From the NCBI GenBank assembly GCA_002794465.1, contig MTSL01000186.1, positions 435 to 32,434 of the forward strand: a stretch of 32,000 nt of DNA, written 5' to 3'. A program made the position numbers and the translations under genes. The notes under the pieces were generated by a model. It did no database searches. It was not told the DNA's origin and saw only the letters and a program-made list of their open reading frames with translations. Positions 8,738-17,508 of the stretch are shown piece after piece. The DNA is from Paramicrosporidium saccamoebae KSL3 (Eukaryota; Fungi; Cryptomycota). Numbering within the stretch: the first letter of the stretch is position 1; every line of letters starts with the position of its first letter.

Positions 8738-8875
8738 TAGTGGGAAAGGGTAACGAAGGACCAACGGTTCCAATAAAGTGTGTTAGATTGAACGGAAAAG
8801 CGGCATCTATTAAGTGAGACACGTCTATTAAAGGATATGACACATCTGTAGGCAGCCGCCCTCGATATGAGATCG

Positions 8876-8999
8876 CCAGTGGGTATTCCATCTCGCGGGG
8901 TATCAATAAACTAAACACCCATTGATGAGAGCACGGAACTGCATTAAAGATCCACTATTTAATTCAACGATACACTAACCAGTCCATATATGTGAGGTT
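8876..8999 (+). promoter_or_regulatory. Conserved upstream element (before A4)
   Basis: 124 bp with 7 mismatches against 17286-17409; the 77-bp core has 2 mismatches against 12951-13027 (counted by eye). Ends ~87 bp before the ATG. Function is inferred. Confidence 0.7.
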
Positions 9000-9085
9000 G
9001 GAGACACGACCGCTTATTGAAATCCCTCGCCCACAGATATGCGCTCTCGCTGATACATGGATACGATCTGAATATGGCCAGGGCC

Positions 9086-12000
9086 ATGAAGACGCTGCTG
9101 CTTGTCCACCTTTTCGCTCTAGCAAGCCAAGGAGTGCACGTGGCTAAAAGCTCTATCCCAGAAGAGAGTGTCGACGACAAAGATGCTGAAGCGGACCAAA
9201 AAGTATACGTGACTACGAGCCCTATCCCGAGAGAGAGTATCAGCGGCAGTGACACTGAAACGATACAATTAGTAAAACTCCGACTAAACAGTGGAAAGAA
9301 AAACTTGGGCGACCTACTTAAGCGTGGCGCAGGACTGGACTTGAAAGAGCTAGACGCTGAACTTGAAAGTGCACTGAAAGAAGGCATCAATATACAGGAT
9401 GCCTGGTGTATCATTTCTAACAGCCTAACATTTCTCGAGGACCCGATTCCACTCATCAAAAAAGCCGTAGAGATGAATTACAATAGCTACCTGAGATGCA
9501 TGTTGATTCCCGACCACCCTTGGTGGCAGACGGATGAAGACCGCCACTGGTTCCTGGCATTGTCATGGAAAGCTCCTTGGAATGACAAGGATTTGTGGGA
9601 TGCTCATCAAACACAGTTGAATTGGGCAGAGAACATGGAAGCAGTCTTCAGAGCAGACAATCCAAAATTCATAGATTCCCTTCCTGAGACATTGAAAGCC
9701 ATGCTAAAAGACTCTACAACGATTGAAGAGTTTATTAAGCACGATTCTGTCAATCTAGCAGAGCATTACGTTAAAGATTTAAATGTACTCGCCAGCAGAA
9801 TGCAAGACTTGGTGACGTTTAGCTCCATCAAGATTCTGCGCCTTTTAGTAGAACAAACTATCCCGCTAACCACAGATAGTATCACTCTGGAGGATGCTTG
9901 CCGTGACCTGCAAGTCTTGCGTTTACTGTACGAGAGCGGATATCAAGTCAAACCAACAAAGCAGAGGCTTCGTTTGCTCGTGGAGGAGGGGAAGCTCGCG
10001 CATTTTGAATTCTTCTCCAAGATTTGCGAGACAAAGCCTCCAACTTGTATGAATGTTTATGAAGCAGTCAAAGCGGGACATTTGGAAGTTGTCAAATGGG
10101 CGATAAGCAAATTCGGAATGCAAATTCTGTCAGGTTTAGTCTTATGGGGCCTAGTTAATGGTGGTCATCTAAAAATGCTGCAGTGGATATTTGAACAAGA
10201 TCAGGGGCGGAAGATTCCCTGTGATGTAATAGTCACCGCTGCCCTCCAGGGACATGAGGATATCCTGAACTGGGCATATGGGATCGATTCAAATATTCTG
10301 CACCGTTGCGAATATGATTTGCAAGTCAACCAAAGAGTCTGTGAGAGAGGAAACGTCAAAGGTTTGAAATGGTTGCATGAACGTGACAAAAAGTTCAAAG
10401 TGTCTTTTAGCGCAAAGCAGTTGACCATTGCCGTGGAGCAAGGTCACCTGAAGGTGCTAAAATTGGCCCATTCGATCGATTCCACTGCTCTTCCCACGAT
10501 CAAGAATCTTAACTATGCCGCTAGTAGGGGATATTTGAATATTCTCGAATGGGCGCATGCCATAAACGAGAAGCTTATTCCCACTCTCGACGGTGCGAAT
10601 CAAGCAGCGGAAAAGGACCACATTGCAGTCCTCGAGTGGCTAGCCTCAAAGGATATGTATCCTGATCAAGTAACTCTCGACAAGTGTGTCGAAATTGGCC
10701 GATTGGCAGCCGTGCGCTGGATGATGCAAGAATTTCCGGAAATGGCGCCATCACGGTTATCCATCCTTAATGCCGCAAAAACTGGCCGCGTAGGTGTCAT
10801 CAAATACATTTACAGGACCGAACCCCAACTTTTGGACCATCCGGTCTTCCAGTGGGCAAGACAAGACTGGAAATGGAAAGAAATTGTCGAATTTTTGACA
10901 GAGATTGGAAAGATACGGAATCACGAGAATGACGCCGAGTCCCATCAAGGATCTGCAGATGTGCCCTCTGTGATTGCTAATGATTGCGCGTCTAAATTGG
11001 ACTGCAAGGAGGTATGCTTAGGAGATCTACTTGAACGGGGTGAAGGACTGGACTTGAAGGGACTGGACGCTGAGCTTGGAAGAGCGCTGAGAGAAGGGAT
11101 CAGCGTCCAGGATGCCTGGATTATCATGTCCAACAGCCCAACATTTCTCGAGGACCCGATGCTGCTCATCAAAGAAGCCGTGAAATTGGGCTACAATAGC
11201 TACCTGAGATGCATGCTGAATGTCAGCTTTCCCTGGTGGCAGACGGAAAAAGACCGCCACTGGTTCCTGGCATTATCATACGAAGCTCTTTGGTATGGCA
11301 AGGATCTGTGGGATGCTCATCAAACACAGTTGAATTGGGCAGAGAACATGGATATGGTCTTCAGGGCAGACAATCCAAAATTCATACAGTTCCTTTCCGA
11401 GGCTTTGCAAGACGAGATCAAAGACACTTCCACAGCAATTGACAAATTCATCGAGTATGATTCTGTCAAGCTAACAGAACACTACGTTGAAGATCTGAAT
11501 GTATTATCCACCAAAGTGCAAGCCATGGTGACTTTTGGTTCCATTAAAATCCTGCGTCTTTTATTGAACAAAGATAATCCGTTGAATGTAAATGGTGTCA
11601 CCCTTACTGATGCATGTCGTGATGTGGAAATCTTGCGTTTGCTGTATGGGAGCGGATATCAAGTCAAACTGGAGGGGGAGATGCTCAATTCGTTCATGAC
11701 GGAGGGGAAGTTGGCGCATCTTGAATTTTTCTACAATATTAGTGAGGCCAATCTTCCAACTCATCACGGGGTTCATGAAGCAGCTAAAGTAGGACACCTA
11801 AAAGTCGTCGAATGGGCAATGAGGAAACTCGAAATGCAACCTCTGCAAGGTGACGTCTTATGGGACCTATCTAAAGGCGGCAATCTGGCGATGCTGCAAT
11901 GGATATTTGAACAAGATCAGGGACGAGAGATTCCCTGTTATGTAATGGTTAATGCTGTTCACGAGGGGCATGTGAGTATCCTGAACTGGGCATACGGAAT

Positions 12001-12565
12001 CGATTCAAACATTCTACAACGCTGCAAGAATGAATTCAATCGAGTCAATAAGAATGCCTGTAGAAACGGGAAAATTGATGGCGCTAAATGGTTGCATGAG
12101 CATGACAAGGATTTAAAAGTACCTTTTAAGGCAGGACACTTGACCACTGCTGCGGAACGCGGCCACCTGAATGTTCTCGAATGGGCGCATTCCGTAAGTC
12201 ATAAGCCAATTCTAATTACTAATTGTGCGAATGGGGCAGCAGAAAATGACCACATTGCAACTCTCGAGTGGTTGGCCTCAAAGAATGTGTATCCTGATGA
12301 ATACGGGCTCAGCAAGTGTTTCGAGCTTGGAAGGTCGGCAGCCGTGCGCTGGATGATGCAAAAGCTTCCGAATATGGTACCATCTCAATTGTCCATTCGT
12401 AAAGCCGCAGAGACAGGCCGCTTAGGTGTCATCAGGCATATTCACAAGGTCAGGCCAGATTTGCTCAAAAATTCAGTACTTTTGTCTGCAGCTGAAGCCA
12501 AAGGCTGGGAAAATGTTGTTGATTTTTTGACAACGAATCCCTACGACGTCGTGGCTCTCGAGTAG
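9086..12565 (+). CDS. Array gene A4: predicted secreted two-module ankyrin-like protein (1159 aa)
   Basis: ATG at 9086 in GGGCCATGA context; leader MKTLLLVHLFALASQ; module anchors at 9353 and 11066 (1713 bp apart); module 2 lacks one 29-aa repeat. Confidence 0.88.
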   Translation: MKTLLLVHLFALASQGVHVAKSSIPEESVDDKDAEADQKVYVTTSPIPRESISGSDTETIQLVKLRLNSGKKNLGDLLKRGAGLDLKELDAELESALKEGINIQDAWCIISNSLTFLEDPIPLIKKAVEMNYNSYLRCMLIPDHPWWQTDEDRHWFLALSWKAPWNDKDLWDAHQTQLNWAENMEAVFRADNPKFIDSLPETLKAMLKDSTTIEEFIKHDSVNLAEHYVKDLNVLASRMQDLVTFSSIKILRLLVEQTIPLTTDSITLEDACRDLQVLRLLYESGYQVKPTKQRLRLLVEEGKLAHFEFFSKICETKPPTCMNVYEAVKAGHLEVVKWAISKFGMQILSGLVLWGLVNGGHLKMLQWIFEQDQGRKIPCDVIVTAALQGHEDILNWAYGIDSNILHRCEYDLQVNQRVCERGNVKGLKWLHERDKKFKVSFSAKQLTIAVEQGHLKVLKLAHSIDSTALPTIKNLNYAASRGYLNILEWAHAINEKLIPTLDGANQAAEKDHIAVLEWLASKDMYPDQVTLDKCVEIGRLAAVRWMMQEFPEMAPSRLSILNAAKTGRVGVIKYIYRTEPQLLDHPVFQWARQDWKWKEIVEFLTEIGKIRNHENDAESHQGSADVPSVIANDCASKLDCKEVCLGDLLERGEGLDLKGLDAELGRALREGISVQDAWIIMSNSPTFLEDPMLLIKEAVKLGYNSYLRCMLNVSFPWWQTEKDRHWFLALSYEALWYGKDLWDAHQTQLNWAENMDMVFRADNPKFIQFLSEALQDEIKDTSTAIDKFIEYDSVKLTEHYVEDLNVLSTKVQAMVTFGSIKILRLLLNKDNPLNVNGVTLTDACRDVEILRLLYGSGYQVKLEGEMLNSFMTEGKLAHLEFFYNISEANLPTHHGVHEAAKVGHLKVVEWAMRKLEMQPLQGDVLWDLSKGGNLAMLQWIFEQDQGREIPCYVMVNAVHEGHVSILNWAYGIDSNILQRCKNEFNRVNKNACRNGKIDGAKWLHEHDKDLKVPFKAGHLTTAAERGHLNVLEWAHSVSHKPILITNCANGAAENDHIATLEWLASKNVYPDEYGLSKCFELGRSAAVRWMMQKLPNMVPSQLSIRKAAETGRLGVIRHIHKVRPDLLKNSVLLSAAEAKGWENVVDFLTTNPYDVVALE

Positions 12566-12757
12566 AATTGATGTCTGATGTAGGGCGGGTATTACTGGTC
12601 ATGTTCCTGACATTTGTGTTCTTGGGGCATCAGAGATTCCAAAAAAGGCTTGCTAGGTTGAACAAAGCAAATAATATTTATCAAAAGTGCAATGCACTTG
12701 TAGGCAGCCACTCTCGATATGAGATTGCCAGTGGATGACTATTTTGCGGGTATCAAC

Positions 12758-12928
12758 TGTCACGTAGTGGGGGGATAATACCACGGACGGGAAGGGGAGG
12801 CTTGTTCACTGCTAATCCTAGAATAGTATGAATACACATCTCACTTTCCTCAAATACCCAGCAATTAGGTCTTCTCCAAACTAGGGAACTATTTCCAAAT
12901 AACATGCCAATCACTTCTCTACGCCACA
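12758..12928. mobile_element. 171-bp insertion with TGT...ACA ends and 4-bp target site duplication (CAAC); candidate solo LTR or MITE
   Basis: Ends TGTCACGTAG / CTACGCCACA form an 8/10 inverted repeat; CAAC flanks both sides (12754-57, 12929-32). Removing it gives GGGTATCAACAAACTAAA, matching the empty paralogous sites GGGTATCAATAAACTAAA at ~8898 and ~17308. Confidence 0.75.
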
Positions 12929-12932
12929 CAAC

Positions 12933-13027
12933 AAACTAAATGCCTATTTATGAGAGCACGGAACTGCATTAAAGATCCACTATTTAATTCAATGATACAC
13001 TAACCAGTCCGTATATGTGAGGTTGGA
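12933..13027 (+). promoter_or_regulatory. Conserved upstream element (before A5), separated from its 5' part by the insertion
   Basis: ATGAGAGCACGGAACTGCATTAAAGATCCACTATTTAATTCAATGATACACTAACCAGTCCGTATATGTGAGGTTGGA is near-identical to the A4 copy. Confidence 0.7.
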
Positions 13028-13291
13028 AGTGACCCTTGATGGGGATTTTCGGTTCGCGTTTACACTCCCATTAATACATGTTGCCTGATGTCACGATGGC
13101 CTGCTTGCAGTATCTCAGACGCTAGATAAGAGCAGTTCTATGAAATATAATCGGTTTCCTATGAGGCAGGTTCTTCTATAGGATTGCAACAGCCAGCAAT
13201 AAGTATTGTTATTTGCTCAACGCAGCGGATTGGTCCATCGCATACAACATATAAATACGACCGGGGTATTCCCAGGGCTATGTCTAGAGTT

Positions 13292-16200
13292 ATGAAAGTT
13301 CTGTTGTCTGCCTGCCTGCTCGTTTTGGTGTGCCAAGGAGCCGATATAGCTAGGGCTAGAGGTCCTGTCGCTGGAGAGAGTATCGGCGAAGAAAATACCG
13401 AAGCGAGCCAAAAAGCACACGTAACTACGACCCCTCCCCCAGGAGCGCATGTAGTCACAGGTTCTGCCCCAGAAGAGAGTGACAACGGTGCGCGTGCCAA
13501 AGGGGACATTTTAGTCGATCTGCTTGAGCGCGGCGTTGGACTGGAGTTGAAGGCGCTAGACGCCGAGCTTGGAAAAGCACTGAGAGAAGGTAAAAGCGTG
13601 CAAGAGGCCTGGACTATTCTGTCCAACAATCCAGCATTCTTCAAGGATACGATTTCGCTCATCGAGGAAGCCGTGAAAATGGGCTACAATAACTACCTGA
13701 AAATTATGCTGATTTCCGACCGCCCCTGGTGGCGGACAGAGAACGATCGTCACTGGTTCCTGGCATTATCACACGGGGCTCCTTGGTGTGACGAGAATCT
13801 ATGGGATGCTCATCAATCACAACTGAATTGGAAAGGCAACATGGACGCAGTGATCAAGGCGGATAATGTGGAATTCACAGAGTTTCATTTTGATATATTC
13901 GAAGCTACGCTCAACAGCCCCGCAACGATTGACAAGTTTGCTAAATATGATTCTATCAAACTGGTAAAACGTTATGTCGAGGATTTGGAGGTATTTACTG
14001 ACAGGACACATTCCATGGTGTCTTCTGGTTCCATTCAGATCTTACGTCTTTTAGCGGAGCAGAACATTGCGCTGAATACATATGGTATCCCTATTAAAGA
14101 TGCTTGTCGTGATGTGGAAGTCTTGCGTTTACTGTACGAGAATGGATATCAAGCCATACTGAACCCGGGCGTGTTTGATTCGCTCCTGGCAGAGGAAAAG
14201 ACCGCGCAACTTGAATTCTTCTTCAAGTTTGACTGGAGATATCATCCATCTAAAGACAGTGCTATACAAGCAGCCAAGGCAGGACGCTTGAAGGCTGTCA
14301 AATGGATGAAGAAAAATCCCGGACTTCCAATTCTGGAAGATGGCGTCTTATGTGACATAGCTAAAGATGGCCATCTAAAAATGTTGCAGTGGATATTTAA
14401 ACAAGATCAGGGCCGAGAGATTCCATGTAATGTAATAGTTGGTGCTGCTTCCCAGGGACATGTGAGTGTCCTGAATTGGGCATACAGAATCGACCCAAAC
14501 ATCCTAAAACGTTGCGGAGATCAGTTGATTTTAGTCGAGAAAGCTATCTGCGAGAACGGAAAGACTGAAGGTTTGGAATGGTGGTTTGAGCATGACAAGG
14601 ATTCAAAATTGCCTTTTAATGCAAACCATTTGTTCGTGGCTCTGTTTTACGGTCATTTGAATGTGCTGAAATTGGCCCATTCCATCGATCCGAATGCTCT
14701 TCCAACGGCCAATGATCTTAATTCTGCTGCTAGTGAGGGATATGTAGAGGTGCTTCAGTGGGCGCATGACATGGATGAAAAGCTTATTCCTACTACCGGT
14801 GGTGCAAATCAGGCAGCGTTGAGCAATCACGTCGCAGTCCTCGAGTGGCTGGCCTCGATGGATGTGCGTCCTGATGGAGATTGTCTCGATACGTGTGTCA
14901 GAAAGGGTCGATTGAGAGCTGTGCGCTGGATAATGCAAAGATTCCCGGCCATGGTGCCATCCCCCGAGGCCATCCTTGGTGCTGCAGAAAATGGTTTTAT
15001 AGGTGTCATCAGGCATATTTACAAAACTAACTCGCAGCTTTTGGACGATCCAACACTCCAATGGACAGGCCAAGACTGGAAATGGAAAGAGATTGTCGAT
15101 TTTTTGACAGAGTTTGGGAAAATACAAAAGCCCGAGGGTGTCGTAGACGCCGAGCTCCGTCCAAGCTCCATAGATGAGCCCCATATAACTAGTAGCGGTG
15201 GCGCGTTTGAACTGGACAGCAAAGTAGACGACCTACTTGAGCCCGGTAATGCACTGGAATTAGAAAAGCTAAACACTCTGCTTGGTGAGAAGCTACAAAG
15301 AAGCCTTCAAACACGGGATGCCTGGATTGTCATGTCCGGCAGCGTATGTTTCGGTAAATATCCCATTCAATCTATCAAGAAAGCCATAAAGATGGGCTAC
15401 AACCATTACCTGAGATGTATGCTAGAGTCCGGCTACCCCTGGTGGCAGGCGGAGGAGGATTTCCTCTGGTTCGTGGCCATCTCATACAACGCTCCCTGGT
15501 GTGATAAAGATCGATGGGATGCTTATCAAAAAAACTTGGATTGGGTGAGAAACATGGATGCAGTGATTAGAGCAGACAGTGTGGCATTCACAGATTCCCG
15601 TCCCGAGATGTTCAAAGCTATTCTCAAAGGTCCCACAGCGATTGGAAAGTTCATTGAATATGATTCTGACAACTTGGTAGAGCGCTACGTCACAGATCTG
15701 AACGTATTTACCAACAAACTACAAGACTTGGTGACTTTCGGTTCTATTAGAATCCTGCGTCGTTTAGTAGAGCAAGACATTGCGCTGGATACCAACGGCA
15801 TCATTATGGCGGATGCGTGCCGTAATGTAGAAATCTTGCGTTTACTATACGGGATCGGATATAAAGTCAACCCGACTAAGGCTATGCTTAATTCTTTCAT
15901 GGCAGAGGGAAAGCTCGCGCATCTTCAATTCTTCTACAATATTACAGTGAAAAATTGTCCGACTCTTGACAGTGTTGGACTAATAGCTCGGTCCGGACAT
16001 GTAAAAGTCATCAAATGGGCAGCAAGTTTATTCCCAATACCGATTTTGGACAATGCCGTCGTATTGGATGTGGTGAAAGGTGGCCATATAGAAATGCTGC
16101 AATGGATATTTGAACACAATCAGGAACAAGAGATTGACTGTAGTGTACTAATCACTGCTGCTTCTGAGGGACATGTGAGCGTCTTAAACTTGGTATACAA

Positions 16201-16906
16201 AATTGATCCAAATATCCTACACCGCTGCAGCGATCAGTTCAAGTTGGTCAAAACAAACGTCCGTGTTACCGGGAAGACTGAGGGGTTGGAATGGTTACAT
16301 GAGCATGACAAGGATTCGATAGAGCCTTTTGATCAATCTGACGACCTGTTACATGCCATAGCACGAGGTCATCTGAATGTGCTAAAACTGTCTTATTCGA
16401 TCGAGTCCAATACTCCTCCATTGACCGGTGGGTATTCTGATTTTGTTCCAAGTTTTTTATCAAGATCTATGCACCCATGGCTGCGTCCCGAAAACAAAAA
16501 ATCATTGAGACTTAGCCAATACGCGAATTTCGCAGCGCAAAACGGTGAACTTCCGATCCTCCAGTGGTTGGTCTCGACAGGGGTGTATCCTGACAAAATA
16601 GGTCTCGGCTACTGTATCGAAAATGGTGACTTGAGAATCGTACAATGGATGAGGAGAGGGTTCCCAAATTTGGTGCCATATCCCGAATCCATCATGAAAG
16701 CCGTACTGAATGGACGCTTAGCTGTCATCAGATATATCCACAAATTCATGCCAGATCTATTCGATTATTCAGAACTTTTGTCTGCTGCGAAATCCGAAGG
16801 CTGGAATCGTAACGTTTTTGATTTCTTAGAAGCAGCTGCATCGAAACCCACCGAAGAGGCTGCAGTCTCCGAGTCTTGGCTAGAACCGACGTGTCGCATA
16901 GCATAG
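13292..16906 (+). CDS. Array gene A5: predicted secreted two-module ankyrin-like protein (1204 aa)
   Basis: ATG at 13292 gives leader MKVLLSACLLVLVCQ with Leu12/Gln15 as in the paralogues (alternative ATG at 13280); module anchors at 13559 and 15272 (1713 bp apart). Confidence 0.88.
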   Translation: MKVLLSACLLVLVCQGADIARARGPVAGESIGEENTEASQKAHVTTTPPPGAHVVTGSAPEESDNGARAKGDILVDLLERGVGLELKALDAELGKALREGKSVQEAWTILSNNPAFFKDTISLIEEAVKMGYNNYLKIMLISDRPWWRTENDRHWFLALSHGAPWCDENLWDAHQSQLNWKGNMDAVIKADNVEFTEFHFDIFEATLNSPATIDKFAKYDSIKLVKRYVEDLEVFTDRTHSMVSSGSIQILRLLAEQNIALNTYGIPIKDACRDVEVLRLLYENGYQAILNPGVFDSLLAEEKTAQLEFFFKFDWRYHPSKDSAIQAAKAGRLKAVKWMKKNPGLPILEDGVLCDIAKDGHLKMLQWIFKQDQGREIPCNVIVGAASQGHVSVLNWAYRIDPNILKRCGDQLILVEKAICENGKTEGLEWWFEHDKDSKLPFNANHLFVALFYGHLNVLKLAHSIDPNALPTANDLNSAASEGYVEVLQWAHDMDEKLIPTTGGANQAALSNHVAVLEWLASMDVRPDGDCLDTCVRKGRLRAVRWIMQRFPAMVPSPEAILGAAENGFIGVIRHIYKTNSQLLDDPTLQWTGQDWKWKEIVDFLTEFGKIQKPEGVVDAELRPSSIDEPHITSSGGAFELDSKVDDLLEPGNALELEKLNTLLGEKLQRSLQTRDAWIVMSGSVCFGKYPIQSIKKAIKMGYNHYLRCMLESGYPWWQAEEDFLWFVAISYNAPWCDKDRWDAYQKNLDWVRNMDAVIRADSVAFTDSRPEMFKAILKGPTAIGKFIEYDSDNLVERYVTDLNVFTNKLQDLVTFGSIRILRRLVEQDIALDTNGIIMADACRNVEILRLLYGIGYKVNPTKAMLNSFMAEGKLAHLQFFYNITVKNCPTLDSVGLIARSGHVKVIKWAASLFPIPILDNAVVLDVVKGGHIEMLQWIFEHNQEQEIDCSVLITAASEGHVSVLNLVYKIDPNILHRCSDQFKLVKTNVRVTGKTEGLEWLHEHDKDSIEPFDQSDDLLHAIARGHLNVLKLSYSIESNTPPLTGGYSDFVPSFLSRSMHPWLRPENKKSLRLSQYANFAAQNGELPILQWLVSTGVYPDKIGLGYCIENGDLRIVQWMRRGFPNLVPYPESIMKAVLNGRLAVIRYIHKFMPDLFDYSELLSAAKSEGWNRNVFDFLEAAASKPTEEAAVSESWLEPTCRIA

Positions 16907-17285
16907 AGAGTGCCATGGACCTGCTGCCATTCTATTTGTGCGAGACGATGAAAGACATTGTTGCTAACAGTTGGCAAGAATGAGAGTGGTAATAAAGATC
17001 CTGGTAAACAGTTATCCGCTTGTAATGTGGAGGATCGATTGCCATATTCTTTGGAAATATTTTCCCAGTTTGGAGAAGATGTATTTGTGAGATGGAGCGG
17101 ATTGATTAGCTGGGTATTTGAGGATCATTACGTTATCTGTGAGACTAAAAGTAGACCATTTGATTAACAGTGCAACAGCGAAATTGTGAACAAAATTCGC
17201 GGTATTATCTCGCTACGCGACATACAGACAGCTACTCCCGATATGAGAGATTTCACTAATGAGACCGTCACTTGCATCGATACCA

Positions 17286-17409
17286 CCAGTGGGTATTCCA
17301 TCTCGCGGGGTATCAATAAACTAAACACTTATTGATGAGAGCACGGAACTGCATTAAAGATTCACTATTTACTCCAATGATACACTAACCAGTCCGTATA
17401 TGTGAGGTT
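17286..17409 (+). promoter_or_regulatory. Conserved upstream element (before A6)
   Basis: About 94% identical by eye to 8876-8999; ends ~100 bp before the ATG; TATAAAT at ~17479. Confidence 0.7.
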
Positions 17410-17508
17410 AGAAGCACGACTCTTGATTGGAATCTCTGATCCATAGATACACTATTTATCAAATATCGCTCTCATTAATATAAATGCAGTCGGAGTTTGG
17501 CCGGGGCC

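Noticed and set aside
13089-13095. Second TGTCACG resembling the 5' end of the insertion, in A5's longer leader
   Set aside because: No matching ...ACA end with a duplicated target site could be found downstream.
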